A stretch of DNA of 64,000 nt from NCBI GenBank assembly GCA_951406725.2, contig OX597832.1, positions 60,822,001 through 60,886,000 on the forward strand, in the 5' to 3' direction. Source of the stretch: Octopus vulgaris (taxonomy: Eukaryota). Of the stretch, positions 12,835 through 25,335 are shown piece after piece. Position 1 is the stretch's first letter. Each line of letters begins with the position of its first letter. Under the pieces are notes generated by a model, which searched no databases, was not told the DNA's origin, and saw nothing but the letters and a program-made list of their open reading frames with translations. The position numbers and the translations under genes were made by a program.

Positions 12835-13205
12835 TGTGTGTTAAGAAGTTTGCTTCCTAACCACATGGTTCCGGGTTCAATCCCATTGCATGGTACCTTG
12901 AACAAGTGTCTTGTACTATAGCCTCGGACCGACCAAATCCTCGTCAGTTGTTTATTTGACGGGGGGAGTGAAAGAAACCCGCCATAACGTGTGTGTGTGT
13001 GTGTGTGTGTGTACTCCCACTGTCACCATTTGACAACCGGTGTTGGTTTGTTTGCGTGCTCGTAATATTAGCGGCTCTGCAAAAGAGAAAGCATAAATAC
13101 CAGACTTTAAAAATCAAATACTGCGATCGATTTCTTCGTCTAAAATTATTCAAGGCGGTGCCCCAGCATGGTCGCAGTTCAATGACTGACACAAGTAAAA
13201 AGACT
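12835..13205 (+). mobile_element. SINE family A
   Basis: AACCACATGGTTCCGGGTTCAATCCCA...CAAGGCGGTGCCCCAGCATGG. Confidence 0.75.
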
Positions 13206-13406
13206 TAAAATAAAAGATAATCCTACATTATCCAGTGAATCCGTCCATTTTTTGTTTAAAAACAAAACGATAACGTGTAGATTGATGCAGATTTGGCTGT
13301 TATTTCTAGCGACCACTTAGTGGATTCTGTGTTTACTCGCGTGTACGGAGATTTGTTTGAGATAAATATTCAAAACAGATTTGTATTTTGACTGTGAGGA
13401 TTTGAC

Positions 13407-13463
<57 letters not shown>

Positions 13464-13727
13464 TGTGTGTGTGAGCAACTTAAAATACACACACACACAC
13501 ACACACATACACTCACTCACTCTCACACACACTCAAATAGATTGAAGACTTAATTTATTACACAAATTTCATTAATTAGTCGCAAATATAGATAAAATGT
13601 AAAAAGAAAATAAAAGAAAGACAAATTAATTCGTTAATCATTAATGTGAAGGGAAATAGATTAAGCAAGTTCAACGTTCGTTTAAGCGGATAGGTGTATA
13701 TATACACACATACATACATACATACAT

Positions 13728-13833
<106 letters not shown>

Positions 13834-14022
13834 TAAACTGATGTAATACTTAGTGTTTAATAAAATGAAGTAGCATGAAATGATTGTACTACACTACCTT
13901 GGATATCCTTGTTGCTTATTTTGATTATAATCACCCCATTTGATTTATATGGATTATACCATACCAAATTCTGGTGCCTTTAACTTAAGTACTATATTCA
14001 TCTGAATCTAAATTTTGCTGAA

Positions 14023-14079
<57 letters not shown>

Positions 14080-15545
14080 ATCTACATAACAGGAATTACG
14101 TAACAAATTACGTATCCAATTCCATTGGCTTACAGCTGTTTCGTCTAGAAGCAATACACTCAGAGTTGAGTGCTTGTGCATCCTCTTCCTGTTCTCCTGT
14201 CATCTATTTTAAGTTCACATTATGCTCTCTACTCGGCTGACGCTTTATCCTAAAGCACACACACACACTCACACACACACACATTACGTTAAGTCCAAAC
14301 TGAGATTCAGCCACCTAAGACCGATAAAGGAGACCCACACCAAGGCATATATGTCTTCGCTCTCATTGTTTCCTTGTATGGCTTACAGTCACATATTGAA
14401 AGCAAACTAGCTGAACCAGGCTATATTCACTATGGTTACTCTCCTTTCAGAAAAATGTGCTACAGGACAACTCTTCCCTATTTAAGTGGTACTTGAAAAA
14501 AGTTGATGACAGAGTTTAGCCCAAGTGGAAAAGTTTTGTTTTTTTTTGCCCTATTTATCTTGTTCACCAAACGACTCCGTCCTTCAGATAGAGAAAAACC
14601 CACCCTTCATTTTTGACAAAGAGGGCGACAGATCGTGTTTCTAAAAGGTCACGCATCATTTGAGGATGTCAACATTCATTAATTCGAATTCTGTATACGT
14701 CCACTGCTTCCTTACTTTACCGATCCCGAATGAAGGACAAACGAGGTTGAAGTCAGCGAGATTTGAACTCCGAATGTAAAGGACGACAATTAAATACCGC
14801 AAGGTATTTTGCTCGGTATAATTAGTAGTAGTAGTAGTAGTAGTAAGTTTCAGTCAAATATTGAGATTTGCTCTAACCGAGTTTTACCTACACATCTTTT
14901 AAACTTATGGTCGTAAGAGATTCTGCCTAACATTATTTACAAAATATGAAATATATGATGAAAAGTGGCTTACATTTCGCATCTGGTTTGGACCCGTAAC
15001 TACTTTTAAATGGGTCTGTCGTAAGCAGGCCCGCTCATAGCTTGTTGTGGGCAAGGATGAAATATGTAATATAAGGTACATTTCAACTGTTATTAAACCT
15101 AGACCAGATATGAAATGTAGGCCTCATTACTACTGTTATTGCAGGTTCCGTTTCAAATGGTTTTAGATAACGGTCAGATATGTAATATGGGTCTCGTTTC
15201 AATTGCCATTTGAGAAATGTATCCTTCACCGCAGTTGATGAGAAGGCTCAGGCAAGATGCCATGGATAAGATTCAGTTCAGTAGTTAACGGATCTAATCC
15301 AGGTGTGAAATGTATTATATCATTTTAACTGATTGCCGGCTCAGGAGTGAAGGCACATTGCCTAGTGGTTAAAGTGGTGCAGTCATGATCGTGAGCATTG
15401 TGTTCTTGAGCAAAACACTTCGTTTCTCGTTACTTCATTTCATTATAATGTCTATGAGTTCCGGCATTAGCTGCACGACTTTACTCTGTCGCGGACCGGC
15501 AGCGTGTTCAGTGAGAGACGGACATCAAGTTAAACGCTTTTCTTT

Positions 15546-15585
<40 letters not shown>

Positions 15586-15611
15586 TTTTGTTTTCACTTT
15601 CAACTATATAT

Positions 15612-15875
15612 ATTCTTTTCTACTCTAGGCACAAGGCCCGAAATTTTGGGGGAGGTGGGAGAGCAGTCGATTAGATCGACTCAAGTGCGCAACTGGTACT
15701 TAGATTAACGTCCCCGAAAGGATGAAAGGCAAAGTCGACCTCAGCGGAATTTGAACTCAGAACATAAAGACAGACGAAATTCCGCTCAGCATTTCGTCCG
15801 GTTTGCTAACGATTCTGCCAGCTCGGTGCCTTTTTTCGTCCGGTGTGCTAACGTTTCTGCCAGCTCGTCGCCCTT
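15612..15875 (-). mobile_element. Family B SINE with duplicated 5' tip
   Basis: TTCTACTCTAGGCACAAGGCCCGAAATTTTGG...CCGAAAGGATGAAAGGCAAAGTCGACC; TGCTAACG.TTCTGCCAGCTCG occurs twice. Confidence 0.8.
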
Positions 15876-16093
15876 TTCAGCTACATATAATTATTTTAGA
15901 AATGTTTTTGTCCTTTCGCAAAGCTTGTATTTTAGAAAAAAGCTGACTGGTAACTTTCGACGTTTTCTGGGCAATCAGCTTATGTAGTTAATCCTCAGAT
16001 ATCATTACTAGCTAAGATAAAAGATAACCGTTTATCAACAAGGATATTGGCACGAAATTTCTGATAAGAGTCGAAAGATGGAATGGATAGTAG

Positions 16094-16246
<153 letters not shown>

Positions 16247-16470
16247 ACGGGCTTCCATACAGTTTCTGCCAACCAAATTTACCCAAATGGCATTGGTCGG
16301 CCCGGAGCTATAGTGGAAGAAATTTGCCGAAGAAAGAGTGCAGAGGAATTGAACCGGGAATTTTATGTACTCACATGAGTGTATGTACTCACATGAGTGT
16401 ATAACATCAGTGTTATTTCCTATTTTATTGCCGTAAAAAAATTTTTTTAGATAGAATAAAGAAAAGCAGA

Positions 16471-16840
16471 TTCCACTGCTTGGCACTTCGGGCAAGTGTC
16501 TTCTAACTAAAGCCCCGAGCAAATCAGAGCCTAGTGAATGAATCTGGTAGACGGAAACTGGAAGAAGCCCGATGTATATAGGAGAGTGAGTGTGTGTACG
16601 TGTGTTTGTGTTTCCAAACACTACTTGAAAGCCTACGTTGGTTTGTTTACAGCTCCGTAACATAAACGGTTCGGCACTAAAAGAGGCCGATGCAAGAATT
16701 AGAACACTTCAAAAAAAAAAAAAAAAAAAAAGAAAAGAAAGAAAGAAAACTCAGAAAAAGTACTGGTCGATTCCTATAAGTAAACCATGGAAAGCGGTGC
16801 TCCAGCATGGCTGCAGTCTATTGACTGAAACAAGAAGAAA
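16471..16840 (+). mobile_element. SINE family A (5'-truncated; an opposite-strand fragment lies at ~16245-16360)
   Basis: GGCAAGTGTCTTCTA...GGTAGACGGAAACTG...GCGGTGCTCCAGCATGGCTGCAGTC. Confidence 0.7.
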
Positions 16841-16984
16841 AAAAAAATCAAAGATAAAATATCTATATTTATATTTACGACGTTTGAATAGGAAGCAAAC
16901 AGCGTCATTGTCGGTTGCCATAGTTACCAAAAGCACATTTGTAAACTGCTCATTGTATGCCAAAAATGTCTCCCACTGCCTTTG

Positions 16985-17107
<123 letters not shown>

Positions 17108-17362
17108 GCGTATGCATGTATATTGTATGCATATAATAGCTACGCAGATAAATAGGTAGGAATAACCATAGTCACCCACATGAGCAAATGTGACTGGAAG
17201 CAGCAGCCGTTAGCAAGTGTTAAGGTGCCACACCCAACCAAAAAAAAAAAAACGAAAAAACACCCCTCATCTGTGTAATAGGAACACACACGCACGTACA
17301 CACACAGAGGCACGTGTGTGTGTTTATATATATATATATGTATGTGTATATATATACGTATG

Positions 17363-17395
<33 letters not shown>

Positions 17396-17408
17396 ATATA
17401 TATACGTA

Positions 17409-17456
<48 letters not shown>

Positions 17457-17561
17457 GTATATACGTATATATAATATATATATATATATATACGTATATA
17501 CGTATATATATACGTATATACGTATATATATATACGTATATACGTATATATACGTATATAC

Positions 17562-17601
<40 letters not shown>

Positions 17602-17629
17602 GTATGTATATATATATATATAGCAAAAA

Positions 17630-17667
17630 CTGTCTGATGAACGGCAACGAGAAACTCAGAGTAACAG
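17630..17667 (+). ncRNA. Minimal hammerhead motif
   Basis: CUGU-CUGAUGA-A-CG(GCAA)CG-A-GAAA-CUC(a)GAG-UA-ACAG; 17621-17690 is identical to 27635-27704. Confidence 0.6.
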
Positions 17668-17690
17668 ATTTTGTTGAATTTTCTGCTGCT

Positions 17691-18025
17691 ATGGCTCAGT
17701 GGTTAGAGCGTCGAGCTTACGATCGTGAGATTGTGAGCTCGAATCCCGGACCGGGCTGCGTGTTGTGTTCTCGAGCAAGGCACTTTATTTCACGTTGCTC
17801 CAGTTCACTCAGCTGTAGAAATGAGCTGCGACGTCACAGGTGCCAAGCTGTATCGACCTTTGTCTTTCCCTTGGATAACACTGGTGGCGTGGAGAGGGGA
17901 GGCTGGTATGCATGGGCGACTGCTGGCCTTCCATAAACAACCTTGCCCGGACTTGTGTCTAGGAGGGTAACTTTCTAGGTGCAATCCCATGGTCATTCAT
18001 GACCGAAGGGGGTCTTTACCCTTTA
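17691..18025 (+). mobile_element. tRNA-derived SINE, family D
   Basis: TGGCTCAGTGGTTAGAGCG (A box)...AGCTCGAATCCC (B box), then GTTGTGTTCTCGAGCAAGGCACTTTA body. A degenerate head lies at ~15345-15440. Confidence 0.8.
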
Positions 18026-18139
18026 TAGTTAGATAGATAGATAGATAGATATACAGGCGCAGGCGTAACTGTGTGATAAGAAGCGAATTGTATGACACCT
18101 CAAACCTATCATACACACACACACACACACATATATTTA

Positions 18140-18825
18140 ATCTTTTACGTGTTTCAGTCATTTGACTGCAGCCATGCTGAAGCACCACCTTTAATCGAGC
18201 AAATCGACCCTAGGACGTATTCTTTGTAAGCCTAGTACTTATTCTATTGGTCTCTTTTTGCCGAACTGCTAAGTTATGGAGACGTAAACACACCACCATC
18301 GGTTGTCAAGCGATGTTGGGGGAACAAACACACACACGAATATATACGACGGGCTTCTTTCAGTTTCCGTTTACCAAATCCACTCACAAGGCTTTGGTGC
18401 CACGCAGTGGGACTGAACCAGGAACCATGTTGTTCGTAAGCGAGCTACTTACCACACAGCCACTCCTACGCCTACTTGTTTCAGTCTTTAGACTGCTGCC
18501 ATGGCGGGGCATCGCCTTGAAAAAAAATTTTACTCAAATGAATCGACTCGAATACTTTAGTTTTAAGCCTGGTACTTATTGTATCGCTCTGTTTTGCCGA
18601 ACCACTAAGTAACGGGGGACGTAAATACACCAACACCGGTTGTCAAGCGTAGGTAGGGGACAAACACACACACGAAAGGCTGTGTGTGCGCCTGTATGTT
18701 AGAGTTTGTTTTTGTTGCCCACCACCACTTTACAACAAGTGTTGGATTGTTTATATTCCCGTAACTTGGCGGGTCGGCAACTGGAAACGATTGGATAAGG
18801 ACCAGGCTAAAAAGATAAGTACTGA
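18140..18825. mobile_element. Cluster of family A SINE copies (two minus, one plus fragment)
   Basis: 18140-18473 (-), 18474-18670 (-, 3' half), 18680-18825 (+, partial). Confidence 0.7.
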
Positions 18826-19044
18826 CACACCCCGTCGTCTTAATTATCTCCCACCTTAGAGTATATCAACTTTGGACCGTTCTGAAGACGGTAGACCGTC
18901 AATCTGGGCATTTTGGAGTAAACGAACGAAAAGACACCCAACATTGAAACGAAGTGTGTTGAGTTTTGTCCCTGTGAATTTATATTGAATGTCGTCTGCT
19001 TTAACCAAGGATATCATACATTAATTCTGCTGTTATTTAATATC

Positions 19045-19260
19045 GGTTTCAAATTTCGACACAAGGCCAGCAATTTGGGGGGAAGGGAGGGGGTAAGTCG
19101 ATTACATCGACCCCCCCCCCCCGTGCTGTGCTGGGATTTATTTTATCGACTTCGAAAGGATGAAAGGCAAAGTCGACCTTGGCGGAATTTGAACTTGGTA
19201 CATAAAGGCCGACGAAATTCTGCTAAGCACTTTGTTCTGCGTGCTAAAGATCGAGCCTAC
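19045..19260 (-). mobile_element. Family B SINE
   Basis: CGAAAGGATGAAAGGCAAAGTCGACCTTGGCGGAATTTGAACT. Confidence 0.75.
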
Positions 19261-19884
19261 TCCCAGCCTTTCGTGAGTCAATTGCAACAATTGACTCAGG
19301 TGAACAATATCTAATCAGGTATACTCCCCTTAATTATCATGCTGTTATGCGTAGATTACTGGAAAATAGAACAGAGACATCTCCAAGACTTGGTTTCTGG
19401 CAAGCCTCAACTAAAATGGTGCAATGAAGTAATGCAGAACTGCTCACCCCCAGGCCGTGAGTTTTTGAAAGGACTGTAAAAGGAGAGTTTGAAGGACTGC
19501 CATTCAAACCTCATCCTTACATATGGCCTGTCTTAAAGTATTCCATTTTCTTCTTAACCTTTTTGCTACGATATCACCGATGAAACAGACTACCTTTTGT
19601 TTCTATTAATTTTGGAAATTATGAAGAATTTACTAAAATAACATTTTCATTGATGTGACCCTCCCGCGCGACTGCCATGTGAGCGCAATACACGAACGTT
19701 GACCAATCAATTTACACGAACGTTGACCAATCAGTTTTGTACATTAGCGGATAGAGTTCTGAGTCACATTCCCCCAGATCATCCAAATACAGAGAAAGTA
19801 GGAAGGTAAATAATTCGGGCAAGCAGCAGAAGATAGAGTGAGGGACAAGGACTACACAAACCCAGAAACAATGGTGTGCTCAGC

Positions 19885-20345
19885 TTCCCCCTGCTCCGCT
19901 TCACAGCCAAATAGTGACTCATGGCTCAATTAGGTGCCCTCCCCATCTACAGGTACCTTTCTAGGTGATGTGTGCACTTGTATTCGAGTGACCCAACACC
20001 TCGGTCTCCGCGTGTGTGAGCTGCACAAATGTCGTTGTGGAACGGTAGTCGATGAATTCGGCCTGCAGACATAGTGCGGGCCGAATCCCCCGACACGCCG
20101 CTCTGAAGTGACATAATTAGAAGGGGACCTCGACACGGCTCGCTTCCCGTCTCAGCTGGAGCAAGTAAGTCTCGGCCGCCAGGGCGGTAAGTGCCCCAAC
20201 GGAATAACCATCTTCCCCTTCAAGAGAAGTAAAGCTCTAGTCTGGCATATGACGTGCTGTGGCACGTTCTTCGGCTCCCATATTGCTGCATCGACTGCAA
20301 ACCTGGGTGTCGTCGCCCGTTACGCAGAAGAGAGAAAAATCACTT
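19885..20345 (+). pseudogene. Decayed C-terminus of a CRE-like (RLE clade) non-LTR retrotransposon
   Basis: Manual translation across stops and frameshifts: SWLN*VPSPSTGTFL...HLGLRVCELHKCRCGTVVDEFG...SAGRIPRHAAL...DIIRR...FPSQLEQVSLGRQGGKCPNGITIFPFKRSKALVWHMTC (zinc knuckle, RH, eroded KRPDG and WD motifs). Confidence 0.65.
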
Positions 20346-20503
20346 TAGTACAGGGGCCTGATCAGCCGCTGTCAGTTTGGGTCCGTCGCCGTCTAGACGT
20401 CAAGTTTTCTCGGACTCTCTACTACCGATTTCCTCCGAGAAACCGGGACAACTGCGGCCCGACTAAGAAATGAGCCCCGCTTGGTGGAGTGGCTGTTATT
20501 CTT

Positions 20504-20540
<37 letters not shown>

Positions 20541-20976
20541 CTGTGTTTGTCCTCCACCACTGCTTGACAGCTGGTGTTGGTTTGTTTACGTCCCCGTAAT
20601 TTCAGGCTTAAAAAACAGTAAGTACTGGGGTCGACTCATTCGACTAAAAGCCCTTCAAGGCGGTGCCCCAGTATGGCCGCAGTCTAATGACAAATAAAAG
20701 GAAAAAAGAAGGTACAAGATATGTATACATATATCATATACTATAATATATATATGCACACACACACATGTGCGTGTGTGTAATTTGGTAGCTTAACATA
20801 ACGACCGTTACTGATGAATCTAGTTCAGAGTGAGACAGACAGACAGACGCACAGTGATAAAGTGAAAGAAAGAAGAGACGAGTATGATGAGAGATAAATG
20901 CAATAAATATATAAATAAATAAGGGAGGCGGTGGCGGGGTAAAGAACGAGGTATTTGTATTAATGTGGTCTACTCG

Positions 20977-21041
20977 CTGCCGGCATCCGGAAGTAAGCTG
21001 TGCACTGAATCACGTGGACAGTTTACTTCCGGATCCACCAG
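20977..21041 (+). other. Hairpin in unique sequence: pre-miRNA-like, or an inverted ETS pair around an E-box
   Basis: ATCCGGAAGTAAGCTGTGCAC-TGAATCAC-GTGGACAGTTTACTTCCGGAT (20985-21034): 21-bp stem with one G-U and one mismatch. Confidence 0.45.
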
Positions 21042-21516
21042 TTATGGTTGCGATTTAGCAGCTGCGATGAGTAACTTCAGTTCTCAGTTACCCGGCTTCT
21101 GGCAGTGTTATTTCGAAATATTTAGCAGTAGTAGTAGTAGCAGCTCTCTGTTTTACTTCAGTTCTCTGGTTAAATGCTGTTGCCAAAATATCGAGAGAAG
21201 AAAGAAAAAAACTCTTTACGTATTCTTCATTCGACACCCGTCTTCTCTGTGTTTTTGGCAAACATAACAAGACGTTCTTCGTTCCTGTATAGTTTAACCA
21301 TTCTAGTTGCTATTGTTCAAACTAGGGCCGGTCCTTGAGCAGGCTTATGGTTAATGTCGTTCCTATCGTGACGATCCCGTCTTTTTCTATATCAATGCTT
21401 ATCTTTTTTATTCATATTTCTTTCGGCCGTAGGGTTTGTAATTTGAAGAAAAGTTGGTCGCTGTTCTGCCCCTCCTGATTTGTAACCCCATATATATTCC
21501 TAAGGGTAAAACGGTG

Positions 21517-21922
21517 GGATCTTTTCGGTTTGAACGGCAGTTTTTTAAAAATAATTTCCACGTAACTAAACACTTTTAAACTTCGTATACTGGTAGAATA
21601 TATTTATAAAACGTCTTTTTCTCTTGGCATTATTGAGAAAATTCTAGTTTGTAAGATATTAGTTGTTTTTTCTGCAATTTCAACCAATCAATGATGTCTA
21701 TTGAGGTGAAAACGTTCTGTACCGTATGAATATGTCCCTCGTTTTAGAAACAGATTGGGTTTATTTACATTTCTGAAGAAAAAAAAGATACCCTTTCCCC
21801 CACCCCTAACCCTAACCCTAAAACAGATTGAAATGCAATAGATCGATACTAGGGTCATAATTATGGTTGACAATTTCATATGACACCGCTAGAAAAAACT
21901 GCCGTTCAAACCGAAGAGATCC
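21517..21922. mobile_element. MITE with ~30-bp TIRs and 8-bp TSD (Merlin- or hAT-like)
   Basis: GGATCTTTTCGGTTTGAACGGCAGTTTTTT and AAAAAACTGCCGTTCAAACCGAAGAGATCC; flanks AAACGGTG/AGACGGTG; internal (CCCTAA)3. Confidence 0.8.
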
Positions 21923-22338
21923 AGACGGTGTGATGCGGTTACATGGATTTCGATGAAAGTAGTTTCGACTCCTAGTCGAAGTAGTAATGATATATTTCGC
22001 TGGTATTTTCACACATCCATGTTCTTGCTTTCTTATTTGCTTGTTTTAAGTACATTTTTAAAAAAATTCTTTTTTCTCGCCTCATCTGACGTTGACGTGC
22101 GAGCGTCTGCATTCTTTCTATTTGCCGATTAGCTTTGCCGGTATGCAATGTTCATGTGTAAGTACTCATTCACAGAAAAGAGAAGCTATTAACGCTTCTG
22201 AAATATACTTTAAAGACTCCCAGAATGACCGCCCTCTAACGATTGAAAACTCTGAAAATTAAATTAAATGTAAAGGAACATATAATAGTACACGTGTGTG
22301 TATGTATCTGCAGAGAGAGAGAGAGAGAGAGAGAGAGC

Positions 22339-22481
22339 AGTGTTTCTGAGCCGTTTTAATATCCGGGTCTGACCCAAAACTTGGATCTTTTTTAATTTAT
22401 AGAGGAGAGACCGTCGGGGGCCGCCGCAAGATTGCTTGAAGATTGCATGCGCCCCTGGGGGCCGCGGTTAAGAACCGTCGC
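22339..22481. mobile_element. Short hAT(Charlie)-like MITE
   Basis: Imperfect termini CAGTGTTTCTGAGCCG and CGGTTAAGAACCGTCG, with GGGGGCCGC internal motifs. Confidence 0.45.
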
Positions 22482-22484
22482 TGT

Positions 22485-22504
22485 AGATAGACAGACAGAC
22501 AGAC

Positions 22505-22590
<86 letters not shown>

Positions 22591-22591
22591 G

Positions 22592-22639
<48 letters not shown>

Positions 22640-22655
22640 ATGATAGATAGATAGA
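22485..22655. repeat. (GATA)n microsatellite
   Basis: Directly visible. Confidence 0.95.
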
Positions 22656-23054
22656 TGGGTGTGCGTTTCTAGATATGTGTATATGTATTTATAAATGTAC
22701 AGCTACCTGCTAATTTGTTATTTTGTTTTTATGTATTTTTATACACACACACAAACTAATATACATACAGCATACAGTAAAACTGTTAGTACTTGCAAAA
22801 TATATAAACTCTATTTTTTAAAAGAAGGCTGTTTAACTATTTAATTATGTGTGTATACATACATGCATGTACGTGTGTGACATATAAATGTATGTTACAT
22901 ATACCAGTTTATATGTGGACCCAGCTGCTGGCGAAGCTGTTTCCCTGCCGAGGTGAAAATATCTTGGTCTCTAAAAGACACTGCGATCATATAGAAAAAC
23001 AATTTTGCCAACTGATGGATCCAAATTTGAATTAATGCATACAGACATACATAA

Positions 23055-23215
23055 TCACCGTTTAATGTCCGTTTTCCATGCTGGCATGGGTTGGACGGTT
23101 TGTCAGAAGTTATAAAGCCAGAGGACTTCACCAAACTCCAATGCAAGCTTTAGCTACTGGATTCCCTTCCTAACGCCAACCATTTTGCTGCTTTATATGT
23201 GGCACCAGCACCAGT
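23055..23215 (-). mobile_element. Retroposon 3' end, family C
   Basis: GTTTAATGTCCGTTTTCCATGCTGGCATGGGTTGGACGG...CCCTTCCTAACGCCAACCA; also at 38455-38545, 43052-43330, 51150-51360, 51484-51850, 53560-53715, 53893-54350 and 54785-54945. Confidence 0.7.
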
Positions 23216-23680
23216 GAAGTAGTGAAGTCAAGAAGAAACTCACCAGACAAGACCCTTTAAATGAAGCGGGTGTGATATTGGCGGAGGTTACTTAATGCCA
23301 GCTGAGACCAGGGTAGACAATTTTTTTCATCTTTTTTCAGACAGGCCAGTCAGAAATGTCTTTTATATCTTGCAGGTCAAAGAAAAAGAAAACTGAAACC
23401 ATAATCATGCAAACCAACAGAGACGGCTTTTTTTTTTAATTTGTCAACATCATCTGTTATAATGAAGGAATCATTAGGCTTTTAATGATGTAAAGAATTG
23501 CTAGGTGTCATTCAGGGTCATTTTAACAGCATTACAGAACGTTAGGCATATCGATGCACTGGGCCCTATAGTTTATTCATTGACGGCAAACCACAACACA
23601 TAGAGATCAGAATTGGGCCTCTAGATTTTTGTGGCCCCTGGACAACTACCCAGGGTAGCCATGCCTTAAGATAGAACCGG

Positions 23681-24315
23681 TGCCACGTACATCATAACAT
23701 ATAGTGAACAGTTAAAGACTTCGTAGCGGTGATTCGAAACCGAACCGTAGGTAACCGGTCATACATCACGACCAAACCACAGTAGTTTCACGCGATCAGT
23801 CTATTAAACAGCCAATCAGCGTGAGCCTTCGTGTGATTCAATCTTCTATAATCTTCTTCTTGTACCCTATAAAAAGCTGCTTTTGACGTCAACGCTCTTC
23901 AAAGAGCGTTGAGAGTTGCCGACTCAGTTACACGTTTCACCTCTTGCCATTCAGAATGGCGAAGCTGCTACTCGATGTGTCTCCATTCTTGCTACAGCCA
24001 GATGATGCAGGAAAATGGTTATGACAACTGGCAGATAGACAAGCAACTTCATCATTACGAACGTAGCACAATTGTTTCCAGTAAAGTTGGGCCAGCCACA
24101 TGTTGCTGTCTCAGTAAGCTTGTCTTAAACTCCAAGCAGTATGTCTCTCCCATTATTTAGTTATTGCCGTTGCTATTTGTGAAAGACCAATGCAGTTTGG
24201 ACTTTATGTGCAATAATAAAACCTTCTGTTAAATGTCCGCGGATGTGGTTCCATTACTTCTCCACACATCCCAAGAACCACATTTTCATTCATCAATTTA
24301 ACCAGTTATCAACAC
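23681..24315 (+). promoter_or_regulatory. Possible solo LTR / Pol II promoter cassette
   Basis: CCAAT 23812, TATAAAA 23868, TGACGTCA 23884, hairpin 23889-23912, AATAAA 24215. Termini uncertain. Confidence 0.3.
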
Positions 24316-24404
24316 AAACCAGACCACAACAAAACACAACCACTCAAGCGACGTGTTTGTGGGGATATACATATATATATATGTTATATATATATATATG
24401 TGTG

Positions 24405-24519
<115 letters not shown>

Positions 24520-24533
24520 ATACATATATGTGT

Positions 24534-24834
24534 GTGGAGGCGCAATGGCCCAGTGGTTAGGGCAGCGGACTCAAGGTTGTAGGATCGCGGTTTCGATTCC
24601 CAGACCGGGCGTTGTGAGTGTTTATTGAGCAAAAACACCTAAAGCTCCACGAGGCTCCGGCAGGGGTGGTGGTGGCGATCCCTGCTGTACTTTCTCTCAC
24701 TCTTTCTTCTGTTGACCTGCTCGCTTAGCCAGCGGGGTGGCGTCATTTGAAGGCTAAAATAATGCGAAGCGCATTGTGACCAGCGATGTGCAGCAACATG
24801 TGATAGCCTGGTCGGTCACGGTGATCACGGTGAT
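24534..24834 (+). mobile_element. tRNA-derived SINE, head H1, tail type 2
   Basis: GGAGGCGCAATGGCCCAGTGGTTAGGGCAGCGGAC...GGTTTCGATTCCC...CACGGTGATCACGGTGAT. Confidence 0.85.
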
Positions 24835-25061
24835 ATATATATGTATACATACTTGTGTGTACATATATATGTGTGTATATATAACTATGTATATTTGTAT
24901 GTGCGAATATGTATGTATATGTATATGTGTCTGATGGTGTTTGTCTCCCTTCACAGTTTGAGAACGCGTTACTGGTTTGTTTACATTACATAAAGAAACG
25001 AATGGAACTGGTACCGGACTTTAAAAACTATAAGCACTGTGGTCAACTTGTTGGCCTAAAC

Positions 25062-25335
25062 TAGGCCTGGCCAATTCGAATTACATTGCGGGCCACTTCA
25101 ATCACACATATTTTACTTTCTCATGCTATTATTACAATAATAAATGAATGATATTTGATTTAACATGAAATATCGTTGCAAAAACAGTAGTATCTTTCTT
25201 TTTTGACTTTTCATTAAAATCTTTAATTTCTGATAAAAGAAATTTTTTAAATGTTTGTTTAAATAAATCCATTTCAAGAAAGTATCAAGCAGGCTGTAAG
25301 ATAAAAGTCTGCGGATCTCAAGTTGGTCAGCCCTG
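25062..25335. mobile_element. hAT-like MITE inserted into a family A SINE tail
   Basis: Termini TAGGCCTGGCCAA and TTGGTCAGCCCTG; 8-bp TSD GCCTAAAC/GCCTAAAA. Confidence 0.65.

Noticed and set aside
14127-14148. GAAACAGCTGTAAGCC half-hammerhead on the minus strand
   Set aside because: The CUGANGA half is missing; at most a deleted LTR relic.
15955-16002. CTGAGGA...GAAAACGTC on the minus strand
   Set aside because: Stem I does not pair; too degenerate to call.
19689-19733. 21-bp direct repeat containing CCAAT twice
   Set aside because: A simple local duplication; LTR or promoter status cannot be supported.
24534-24610. tRNA genes (also 330-404 and 17691-17760)
   Set aside because: The A and B boxes run into SINE bodies, and acceptor stems and terminators are not intact.
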